NCBI GenBank assembly: GCA_025055075.1
Contig: JANWYV010000022.1
Location: forward strand, 3,120 to 67,119
Source of the DNA: Blastocatellia bacterium
Lineage (GTDB): Bacteria; Acidobacteriota; Blastocatellia; HR10
Reading direction: 5' to 3'
DNA length: 64,000 bases
The translations under genes and the position numbers were made by a program. The notes under the pieces are model-generated. The model was not told where the DNA came from, did not search any database, and saw only the letters and a list, made by a program, of their open reading frames with translations. This document shows positions 8,814-17,168 of the stretch, in pieces. Each line of letters opens with the position of its first letter. The first letter of the stretch is position 1.

Positions 8814-10127
8814 TCAAATCACCTGCCCCTCTGGGATGACGCTATTTTTGGGGACGATCACAATGCCTTCCCGAATGTAGTAATTCGGCCCGTCGGCGTG
8901 TTGAAGTCCAGCTTCGTTCACGATGCGCGCGCCAGCACCGATACGCACGTTCCGATCGAGGATCGCGCGGCGAATGACAGCGCCTTCTCCAATGCCGATC
9001 GGCGGGAGACCAAGGGCACGATCCCGCTCCTGCTCTTCTGGCGAGGGGAAGTATTCCGCGCCGAAAGCGATCACGCCGTCCAAATGAGCACCTTTCTCCA
9101 CGCGGCTGCGGAGCCCGAGCATTGAGCGCTCTATCCGCGCGCCCGTCACTAAAGAGCCGTTGGCGATCATGGAGTTCACGATCTCGCTCTCGCGGATCTT
9201 GGCCGGGGGAAGATAGCGCGGGCGCGTGCAAAGCGGCGCGTTCGGATCGTAGAAAGAGAGCGGCGGCTCTGCGTCGAGCATCCGCATATGCGCATCGTAG
9301 TAGGCGCTGATGGTGCTCATCTCTTCCCAATACCCACGATGCCAATAGGCGTAGACTCGAGATTGAGCGACAGCCAGTGGAAGCAGCTCCAATCCGAAGT
9401 CGAAGGGTCCCAAAGCCTGTTCCAAAAGCGACGCGAGTGCCTCTCGCCGAAAAAGGTAAATTCCCGTAGCGATCAAGTACGGCGCGTTCCCATCCGCCAT
9501 GCGAAATTCTCGCAAAGTATCCTGGCGCGGCTCTTCCTGATACCGAAGGACACGCCAGTCCGATGGCCGAGGAGAATCCACGCGCGCGCCTGCGACCCTC
9601 ACGACTCCCCGCGTGCGTGCTACCGTTTCATCGGCTGCGACGACGACCAGCGTGAGATCCGCCTCTGTCTCTACGTGGAAGGCGATGACGTCTTGCAAGG
9701 CGATCCAGCCAACGCAGTCTCCAGGAAGGATTAGGATATGTCGCGCCGGCCACGGCTCGAAATGTCGCCAGGCGCGGCGGATGGCATCAGTGGGACTGCG
9801 ATACCATTGTTGGCTCTCCAAGGTTTGCTCAGCCGCGATGACCTCGACGAATTCCACCGATTCGGAGAGCCGCCCGAACCGATACGTCTGCATCACGTGC
9901 CGATTGAGCGAAAGCGAGTTGAATTGCGTGAGGACGTAAATGCGCCGCAGCCCGGCATTCAAACATTGGCTGAGGGCTAGATCAATGAGCCGATACTGTC
10001 CGATGAAGGGCAATGCGGCTTTCGCCCGCTCCGCCGTCAGAGGGAAAAGGCGCGCTCCTTGTCCAAATCCCAACACGATGGTCAAAACCTGGTGCGCGAG
10101 CCCGCGTGTGACCGCCACCCCGTTCAT
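8814..10127 (-). CDS. Glucose-1-phosphate adenylyltransferase-like protein with degenerate motifs
   Basis: RLFPLTAERAK, LTQFNSLSLNRH, VIAAEQT, TRPRYLPPAK, C-terminal beta-helix ending IVIVPKNSVIPEG; EEP replaces EKP. Confidence 0.85.
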   Translation of the reverse strand: MNGVAVTRGLAHQVLTIVLGFGQGARLFPLTAERAKAALPFIGQYRLIDLALSQCLNAGLRRIYVLTQFNSLSLNRHVMQTYRFGRLSESVEFVEVIAAEQTLESQQWYRSPTDAIRRAWRHFEPWPARHILILPGDCVGWIALQDVIAFHVETEADLTLVVVAADETVARTRGVVRVAGARVDSPRPSDWRVLRYQEEPRQDTLREFRMADGNAPYLIATGIYLFRREALASLLEQALGPFDFGLELLPLAVAQSRVYAYWHRGYWEEMSTISAYYDAHMRMLDAEPPLSFYDPNAPLCTRPRYLPPAKIRESEIVNSMIANGSLVTGARIERSMLGLRSRVEKGAHLDGVIAFGAEYFPSPEEQERDRALGLPPIGIGEGAVIRRAILDRNVRIGAGARIVNEAGLQHADGPNYYIREGIVIVPKNSVIPEGQVI

Positions 10128-10309
10128 GGCGCCTTTCATTGTAGCGCAGCCGCGCGCTCGGACGCTATGGACATCTCACGCGCTCCGTGAGCGCACGGGG
10201 GACCCGGGGAGGATCGCTTCGCACGGTGGGAATAAATTCCCGCTACCGGTGTGTATTCCCCTATGGAAGATTTTCGAGAGAGGATCGAGGCCATAAGGAG
10301 GGAAACCGT

Positions 10310-11551
10310 ATGGAGGGAAGAAGGATGAGATGCACGAAGCTGCTCGTCCTGGGACTCATCCTCGTCGGGTTCGGCATTGGGATGGGGGGAACACGCACGA
10401 GTGCTCCTAGCCCCCAGAAGTTTCAGATCCAGATCCCCTTGGGGATCCCTGCCGATCTCTGGGAGATGATGATTCCAGCCGATAATCCAATGACCGAAGC
10501 CAAGGTCGCCCTCGGTCGCGATCTCTATTTCGATAAGCGGCTTTCCGTAGACAATACCGTCAGCTGCGCGACCTGTCACGACCCGCGCTTCGCGTTCACT
10601 GATGGGAAGCCCGTCTCCGAAGGAGTTGGGGGCAAAAAGGGCGCGCGGAATGCGCCGACGGTGCTGAACGCGATGTTCAATGAGGAGCAATTCTGGGATG
10701 GACGAGCGAAGACGCTCGAAGAACAAGTCTTGCAACCGCTCATCAATCCCGTCGAGATGGCCATGCCCTCGCATGATGCCGTCGTGGCGAAGGTCCGTGG
10801 CATCCCGGAATACGTCCGGCGCTTCCAAGAAGTCTTCGGCGGGCGCAATCCGGTGACCATCGAGAACATCGCCAAGGCGATCGCTGCCTTCGAGCGCACG
10901 CTCCTTTCGGGGGATTCGCCCTTTGATCGCTTCATAGCGGGCAATCCGAACGCCATCAGCGAGGCCGCTCGCCGTGGGTGGGAGTTATTCAAGGGGAAAG
11001 CTCGCTGCATCACCTGTCATGAGTTCAATCCATCCTCGCCCTTCTTCACCGATTTCAAGTATCACAACATCGGCATCGGCATGAAAGCCACGCAGAATTT
11101 CGAACCGCTCGTGCGGCAGATTCAGCAAATGGCCCAGGAGAATCGCCTGACGGCGGAAGCGCTCGATCGGCTCGCGCTCACCGAAGGATTCTCCGAGCTC
11201 GGGCGCTTTCTCGTGACCCGTCAGCCGAAAGACTTGGGGGCGTTCAAGACCTCCCCCTTGCGCGACATCGAGCTAACGGCCCCCTACATGCACGATGGGA
11301 GTTTGAAGACGCTCCGCGAAGTGATTGATTTCTACGACAGGGGCGGCGAGCCCAATCCGAATCTCGACGGTGGGATCGTGAAGCTCAATCTCACCGAGCA
11401 AGAGAAGGCGGATCTAGAGGAGTTCCTGAAAAGTCTGACGAGCGATTGGGTGCGGCGGGTCGCTCGTGGGGAGATCAAGCTGGCCGCCGGACCCACTTCC
11501 GAGAATCCGACGCCGAACCTGGCGCGTGGTTCTCGGTCTTCGAGGAGGTGA
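10310..11551 (+). CDS. Di-heme cytochrome c peroxidase / MauG / MbnH family protein
   Basis: Signal peptide; CATCH and CITCH; RNAPT; QFWDGR; FKT.PLR; TAPYMHDG; VIDFYDRGG; AAGGAGG RBS. Confidence 0.92.
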   Translation: MEGRRMRCTKLLVLGLILVGFGIGMGGTRTSAPSPQKFQIQIPLGIPADLWEMMIPADNPMTEAKVALGRDLYFDKRLSVDNTVSCATCHDPRFAFTDGKPVSEGVGGKKGARNAPTVLNAMFNEEQFWDGRAKTLEEQVLQPLINPVEMAMPSHDAVVAKVRGIPEYVRRFQEVFGGRNPVTIENIAKAIAAFERTLLSGDSPFDRFIAGNPNAISEAARRGWELFKGKARCITCHEFNPSSPFFTDFKYHNIGIGMKATQNFEPLVRQIQQMAQENRLTAEALDRLALTEGFSELGRFLVTRQPKDLGAFKTSPLRDIELTAPYMHDGSLKTLREVIDFYDRGGEPNPNLDGGIVKLNLTEQEKADLEEFLKSLTSDWVRRVARGEIKLAAGPTSENPTPNLARGSRSSRR

Positions 11552-11556
11552 CCGCT

Positions 11557-12681
11557 ATGTGGCCTTTGAAATGGAAGAAACGCGAACAGGAGTATCGTCG
11601 GCAGCGTGAAGAATTCTTCGAGGCTGTGAAGCGGCTCAACCGTCGGGACTTCCTGAAAATCGCGAGTCTCTCGGCGGCCGTCTTCACGGCGAAACACGTT
11701 GTCCCACCCCATTCGTTCCAAGTCGTGGACGTCGTGCGGGCCGATCCGCAGGAGAAGCCACTCTTCCGCTTCGCTTACATCTCCGATACGCACCTGTATG
11801 AGCGGGAGCTGAACGAACGCTTCGTGAATGCGGCCTTGCGCGCCGTGCGCGATGTCAATGCCCTGAATCCGCCTCCGGATTTCGTGATCTTCGGCGGCGA
11901 TTTGGCGCAGCTCGGGCAGGCGAAAGAGTTGGAGCTGGGGAAGCAGATCCTGAGCGAGCTGAAGGTGCCGGTGAAGATGATGGTCGGCGAGCACGATTGG
12001 TTCCTCGACATGGGCGAGAAATGGCGCGAGTTGTTCGGGCCCGAGAATTACTCCTTCGATCATAAGGGCGTGCACTTCATCGTCCTGATGAGCGTGCACG
12101 AGAAGGACTTCTGGACCGCGCGAGGGATGACGCCCATGGAGCGCATGCTCACGGTCGCGCAGCTTGATAATCCCCTCCAGAGCCCGTTCGAGGTGGGCGA
12201 GGCAGGACGTGAGTGGTTGCGGCGCGATCTGGCAAAAGTCTCCAAGGACACGCCCATCATCATCTTCTCGCACTCGCCACTCTACAAGTACTATCGCCCG
12301 TGGAACTTCTGGACCGAGGATGCGGAGGAGATTCACAAGATGCTCGCTCCGTTCAAGTCGGTGACGGTGATCCATGGGCACACGCATCAGTTGCTGACGA
12401 ATCGGATCCAGAACATCCACTTCCACGGGATGCTCGCGACGGCCTGGCCGTGGCCCTACGCTCCAGAGGGCTTGCCGAAGTTGACCGTGCCGATGAATCG
12501 TCCGGATCCTTTCGACGAAGCCGATGGGACAGGATGGGGGACCGTGGACGTGCATCGCGACGGCTACGTGGACAAGCATTACAACCTCTGGAGCCGAAAC
12601 CCGATCACGGTCGCCAAGGCCTATCTGGAATCGTGGGGGAAGGAGGCGATCCCTCCGGCTCCCGAATTACCACCCTACTAG
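11557..12681 (+). CDS. Tat-exported calcineurin-like metallophosphoesterase-fold protein
   Basis: NRRDFLK twin-arginine motif; SDTH, GGDL, GEHD, FSHSP, HGHTH; GGAGG RBS 5 bp after the upstream stop region. Confidence 0.9.
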   Translation: MWPLKWKKREQEYRRQREEFFEAVKRLNRRDFLKIASLSAAVFTAKHVVPPHSFQVVDVVRADPQEKPLFRFAYISDTHLYERELNERFVNAALRAVRDVNALNPPPDFVIFGGDLAQLGQAKELELGKQILSELKVPVKMMVGEHDWFLDMGEKWRELFGPENYSFDHKGVHFIVLMSVHEKDFWTARGMTPMERMLTVAQLDNPLQSPFEVGEAGREWLRRDLAKVSKDTPIIIFSHSPLYKYYRPWNFWTEDAEEIHKMLAPFKSVTVIHGHTHQLLTNRIQNIHFHGMLATAWPWPYAPEGLPKLTVPMNRPDPFDEADGTGWGTVDVHRDGYVDKHYNLWSRNPITVAKAYLESWGKEAIPPAPELPPY

Positions 12682-12694
12682 GGAGGAGGCGGCA

Positions 12695-13300
12695 ATGAGG
12701 ACGATGAAATTGTTCGTTCTGGTTCTCGGGATCGTTGGACTGGCGCTCGTGGCGACATCGCTTGAACGGCGAACGGTGGGCGCCCAAGAGCCGAAGGCGT
12801 CTGGCGGTTCCGATCGCCTCGTCGTGCAGTTGTGCGACGGAGAGACGAAGCTGGAGATCGCTGATGCCCGCGCTGGTGAAGTCCTGCCGCCGGAGAAAGC
12901 GCGCGAAGTCGCGCGACGCATGATGGCCGCTTATACCGAACAGCAGGCGAAGCAGGCCTCCAAGTGGACGGCGCGCGATCGCATGATCTGGGAGCGCGAG
13001 CTGAAGCGCACCATCGAGGAGGGATATAAGCTCTTCCACGATTGGCGAGCGCTCGGCGGAACCATCGGGATCTCCTGCGATATGTGCCATCCCGACGCGG
13101 CGGCGACGCATCCGGAGACCTACCCGAAATTCCAGACGCAGCTCAAGCGCATCGCCACGCTGCGCGATATGATCAACTGGTGCATCGAGAATCCGATGAA
13201 GGGGAAGCCCTTGGCGGCTGATGATCCGCGCATGATCGCGCTCGAAGCTTATATCACGAGCACGCGTAAGGGCGTTCCGCTTGAACCGGGGAAACATTGA
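12695..13300 (+). CDS. Exported mono-heme c-type cytochrome with a SoxA/TsdA-like domain
   Basis: Signal peptide; SCDMCH; TYPKF...TLRDMINWCIENPMKGKPL; GGAGG RBS. Confidence 0.8.
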   Translation: MRTMKLFVLVLGIVGLALVATSLERRTVGAQEPKASGGSDRLVVQLCDGETKLEIADARAGEVLPPEKAREVARRMMAAYTEQQAKQASKWTARDRMIWERELKRTIEEGYKLFHDWRALGGTIGISCDMCHPDAAATHPETYPKFQTQLKRIATLRDMINWCIENPMKGKPLAADDPRMIALEAYITSTRKGVPLEPGKH

Positions 13301-13310
13301 TGAACTCGGG

Positions 13311-13344
13311 GGGCTCCGCGCGCGTGCGCGTGGAGCCCTTCTTC
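13311..13344 (+). terminator. Intrinsic terminator closing the 10310-13300 operon
   Basis: GGGCTCCGCGCGC-GT-GCGCGTGGAGCCC stem followed by TTCTTC. Confidence 0.7.
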
Positions 13345-13614
13345 GTGTGAGCGACCGAGCAAAGCCGCCGACGAACCGCGAGATGAGTCCGAGCGAGGCG
13401 AGTGACACGAGCGTGACCGGAGTCCAGGATTAGATCGCTCGCAAGCTCGCGATGCAGAACAGACTTGATCTTCGTAGAGGAACCGCTTTGTTATCCCACG
13501 CCGAACGCGAATCGTCCGCTCCGTGGTGCGCTTGACGCCGAAATTCGTTCGCCTGTGGCTGGCGTTCGGTGCTCTGAGGGGGCGATGAAGCGCGAGACGT
13601 GGATGTCGGACAGG

Positions 13615-14583
13615 TTAAGAAAGGCGGCCACGCAATAGGCTGTAATACTCGATTTCCTCGGGGTCCTCGATCTTGTATTTCTCCCAGATCGTGGCATAGC
13701 CGCGAACAGCGCGCAAGATCTCAGCGACCGACGCGATGTCCTGCGGGAAGATGAGGTTGAAGTTCACTCCGGGAGCTCCCGCGCGCAGCAGATGCTCGAC
13801 GATCCCGATAGTGAGCTCTATGCCGAGGCGCACGACTTCTTCCTTGCTCTTGGCCCCATCCAATCGCTCCAAAATCCAGCGAGGAACCGGAATGTGCAAG
13901 CTCGTTTGTAAGAAGAGACAGCGACGCACGCTCGTGAGCGGAATCACAGAGGGGAGGATTGGGACCGCGATCCCCTGCGCGAGCGCCGCCTCCACATAGC
14001 GGACGTAGTTCGTGGGATCGGTGATGATGTTGGCGATGATGCCATCCGCGCCGGACTCGACCTTTTGTCGTTGATAGGCCATGTGCTTTGAGAGCGCATG
14101 CGCGGGATATTCCGGATGTCCGGCGACGAAGATGTCGATCGCGTACCCCTGCTCATCGCGATAGTCCCGAATGAGTCGGACCAATTCGACCGTGGAGAAT
14201 TTGAAGGCGTCCACTTCGCGCGAACGATGAGGTGTCGGATCGCCGCGAAGGATGAGGACATCGGAGACCGCCTTTCGATTCATCTCATCGGCGCGGCTGT
14301 AGACGCTGCGGATCGAGCCTTCATCGCGCGCCGTCAGATGAATGACGATCGGCGTCTCCGGTCTCCAGGCGCGAATCGTCTCCACGACCGAGAGCGGATT
14401 CATGCGAAAGCTGCCGCCCGTGCTGTTGGTCACGGCGATGCCCGCGATATCGAAGTCCTTCAGGGCGCGCACCATCTCGTCGGTCTTCACCATGGTCTTG
14501 TAATTCGCGGGCGGACTGATTTCGACGGTGAAGGTCTTCTCACCGGCGTCAGCTTTCGCGCGCAGTGTGCTGAGCAATGCCAT
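13615..14583 (-). CDS. metF: Methylenetetrahydrofolate reductase (divergent)
   Basis: FTVEISPP, IHLTARD, LILRGDP, AGHPE, KVESGADG. Confidence 0.8.
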   Translation of the reverse strand: MALLSTLRAKADAGEKTFTVEISPPANYKTMVKTDEMVRALKDFDIAGIAVTNSTGGSFRMNPLSVVETIRAWRPETPIVIHLTARDEGSIRSVYSRADEMNRKAVSDVLILRGDPTPHRSREVDAFKFSTVELVRLIRDYRDEQGYAIDIFVAGHPEYPAHALSKHMAYQRQKVESGADGIIANIITDPTNYVRYVEAALAQGIAVPILPSVIPLTSVRRCLFLQTSLHIPVPRWILERLDGAKSKEEVVRLGIELTIGIVEHLLRAGAPGVNFNLIFPQDIASVAEILRAVRGYATIWEKYKIEDPEEIEYYSLLRGRLS

Positions 14584-14609
14584 CGTTCTCCCTCGCCGAC
14601 TGTTTGTCG

Positions 14610-14639
14610 GTTATAGCAGAAGCGCCGTGGGGGATTCAA
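14610..14639 (-). promoter_or_regulatory. Sigma70-type promoter for metF
   Basis: Minus strand TTGAAT-18 nt-TATAAC with extended -10 TG. Confidence 0.5.
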
Positions 14640-15118
14640 GTATCCGACGGCGCCGAGTGGGGCGCATCACAGCGGATCGTCACTTGGCGTGTCGTCTCGT
14701 CCAGCCAAAGGAATTCGACGCGGTAAATAAGGCGTGGCGTTCCCGCCTTTTGTTCGAGCCATTGGATCGGCACTTTCTCTCCCCATTCGATGGCGACCAC
14801 TGCCGGAGCGGCCAGGATCTCCGCCAAACCTAGATGCTCAATGACCGCGCGTGGATCATCGATGCGATAGAGGTCAATGTGGTAGAAAGGCCATCGCCCA
14901 TGATGGAGATTGACGAGGGTGAACGAGGGGCTGGTGACCTCGTCGGGATCGATATCCAATCCTGCGGCCAAACCTTTCGCGAAGACCGTCTTCCCCGCGC
15001 CCAGCTCTCCGATAAGGAGGAAAACCGCTGGCGTCTGGAGGGAACGCGCGAGGCCTTCAGCCAATGCGCGCGTCTCTTCAGCCGAGTGCGTGAGGAAGAC
15101 TCCCTGAACGCCGCTCAT
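14636..15118 (-). CDS. tsaE: tRNA threonylcarbamoyladenosine biosynthesis ATPase
   Basis: GELGAGKT, VTSPSFTL, HIDLYR, IEWGE. Confidence 0.95.
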   Translation of the reverse strand: MSGVQGVFLTHSAEETRALAEGLARSLQTPAVFLLIGELGAGKTVFAKGLAAGLDIDPDEVTSPSFTLVNLHHGRWPFYHIDLYRIDDPRAVIEHLGLAEILAAPAVVAIEWGEKVPIQWLEQKAGTPRLIYRVEFLWLDETTRQVTIRCDAPHSAPSDT

Positions 15119-16721
15119 CTTCTCCTCCCACCTGTGCGAGGGCTTCGCCCAGGTGCGCTGTCACATCTGAAGCGAGCATCGCGCGAGTGCCCACGCGCTG
15201 AGCCGCCAGATCGCCCGCCAACCCGTGCAGATATACAGCCGCGAGCACCGCATCCGTGGGATCTTCCCCTCGATCTTGCGCCAAACATCCGGCAAGAATT
15301 CCCGTCAGGACGTCGCCCGATCCCGCCGTCGCCAATCCCGCATTTCCCGTGGGATTTACATAGACCTGTCCATTCGGAGCGGCGATGAGCGTCCGATGAC
15401 CTTTGAGCACGAGCCAAACGTGATGCGCTGTGGCGAACTCGCGCGCGACCGAGACGCGATTCTCCAGGACGTACTGATTCGTGGCTCCGATCAAGCGCGC
15501 CATCTCGCCCGGATGTGGCGTCGCGATCACGGGACGCTCTCGCCCGTGAAGCTCCTCGGGCCAAGGTGCCAAGTTGTTGAGGCCATCGGCATCCACGATG
15601 ATCGGGCACCGCACGCGCGGGAGAAGCTCGCGCACAAAGCGCTGCGTACTCTGATGCGTCGTGAGCCCTGGACCAAGAGCGACCACATCGCGCTCGGCCG
15701 CCAAGTCCAACGCGCGAGCCAGCGCGTGCTCAGCGATTGTCCCTTCCGCTGTTTCCTCAAGCGCTTCGGTCATCGCTTCGGCGACCTGCGCGACGATGAC
15801 CGATTGACTACTTGGTGCAGTAGCGACTGTGACCAATCCCGCTCCTGCAGCGAGCGCCGCGCGCGCCGCCAGACAGGCCGCGCCCGGCTTGCCACGCGAT
15901 CCCGCGATCAATAGGACATGCCCGTAAGTCCCCTTGTGGCTGAGAGGCTGTCGGCGCGTCCGCTCCAGCCAGCGGCGCACGTCCGAGGCTTCGATCACAT
16001 TCAGCTTCGCTCCCACCGAATGGATCAATTCATCCGGGGACCCAATGGGCGCGACGACAACTTCCCCAGCATACAAGTACGCGGGTGGAAGCACCAAGGC
16101 GGGCTTCGGGGCCGTGAAGGTCACCGTCAGATCAGCGCGCACCGTTGGCCCGATCACATGCTCACGATCGGCGGCTAATCCTGATGGTAGATCAATTGCG
16201 ATGATGCGCGTCGCGCGCGGGGTCTCGGCGAATCGCGCGAGATCCGCAATGACTTCTCCATAGAGCCCTTCGGCCGGTCGCTCCAGTCCCGTCCCCAAAA
16301 GGCCATCCACGAGGAGATCATAGTGCGCCAGTCGCTCTCGAAACGCATGCCATACCGGCTGTCCGACGTCCTCGAAAAAGCGCAATGCGTCCGAGTGCGC
16401 GGCCAGATTTCGAACGATCTCAAAATTAACGCGCGCATCTCCCGAAGCATTCTCAACGCGTGCGAAGAGGAGGACGTCCACGCGCGCACGCCGCATCCAA
16501 GCTTGACGCGCGAAGGCGGCGCCATCTCCGCCATTGTTCCCTTTGCCGCACAGGACGAGAATATGCCGATCGGCGACTGCTCCGAACCTCTGTTCGAGCG
16601 CGCGAAGCGTCTGCGCGGCGGCATTCTCCATCAGGAGGAGGCTCGGAATCCCATACCGCTCCGTCGTCAACCGATCCACCTCGCGCACTTCGGCGGCCGT
16701 CAGCACTTTCATAGGCTTCAT
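15078..16721 (-). CDS. nnr: Bifunctional NAD(P)H-hydrate epimerase/dehydratase
   Basis: LMENAA, CGKGNNGGDG, DLPSG, HKGTYG, GPGL, DADGL, TPHPGE, GSGDVL; classic nnr-tsaE pairing with a 41-bp overlap. Confidence 0.95.
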   Translation of the reverse strand: MKPMKVLTAAEVREVDRLTTERYGIPSLLLMENAAAQTLRALEQRFGAVADRHILVLCGKGNNGGDGAAFARQAWMRRARVDVLLFARVENASGDARVNFEIVRNLAAHSDALRFFEDVGQPVWHAFRERLAHYDLLVDGLLGTGLERPAEGLYGEVIADLARFAETPRATRIIAIDLPSGLAADREHVIGPTVRADLTVTFTAPKPALVLPPAYLYAGEVVVAPIGSPDELIHSVGAKLNVIEASDVRRWLERTRRQPLSHKGTYGHVLLIAGSRGKPGAACLAARAALAAGAGLVTVATAPSSQSVIVAQVAEAMTEALEETAEGTIAEHALARALDLAAERDVVALGPGLTTHQSTQRFVRELLPRVRCPIIVDADGLNNLAPWPEELHGRERPVIATPHPGEMARLIGATNQYVLENRVSVAREFATAHHVWLVLKGHRTLIAAPNGQVYVNPTGNAGLATAGSGDVLTGILAGCLAQDRGEDPTDAVLAAVYLHGLAGDLAAQRVGTRAMLASDVTAHLGEALAQVGGEDERRSGSLPHALG

Positions 16722-17168
16722 AAGTGTAGCACGAAGGTGAGGGGTGACGAATCGCGGATCGGCCATTTCGCTCTCCCGATAGGGAAGTCCAGCTCGGGAG
16801 AGCGACGACTTCCTCTCAGAGCGCGAAGCCATGCGATAGGGGGCGAGCCAATGAACGGCGCGTGCGCCGCAGCCCTACGGAGATTCGCGTCGCTGCCAAA
16901 TGTGGCGTTCGATCTCTTCAAGTGGGAGCACTGATTGGGGGTAAGCGCTATGAGAATTGCGGCACATCATCGGTTTTGTGGCGGGCGCGGTCATGCGCCG
17001 ATAGAGGGCGGGCCATTGTCGGGAGCGGAGCCCTGATGACGTCGCGCCTGCGACGTCACACATCCTCTGCGTATGGGATTCTGCTCGCCGTGAAGACGGG
17101 GGAATCTAGGAGCGCTTGCGTCCAGCGGGTCTGAAGAAGCGCTCCCGATTTTCTATGGCGTCGAATTC

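Noticed and set aside
13345..13614. Intergenic region after the cytochrome operon as an sRNA or small gene
   Set aside because: No motif, RBS-supported ORF or strong structure could be supported by eye.
14584..14640. SAM riboswitch upstream of metF
   Set aside because: The intergenic space is about 50 bp and no SAM-I/II core is visible.
16722..17168. Small ORFs or an ncRNA in the roughly 450-bp gap between nnr and the protease
   Set aside because: Only short hairpins (about 17037-17058 and 17109-17145, the latter a plausible terminator); no recognisable family or convincing ORF.
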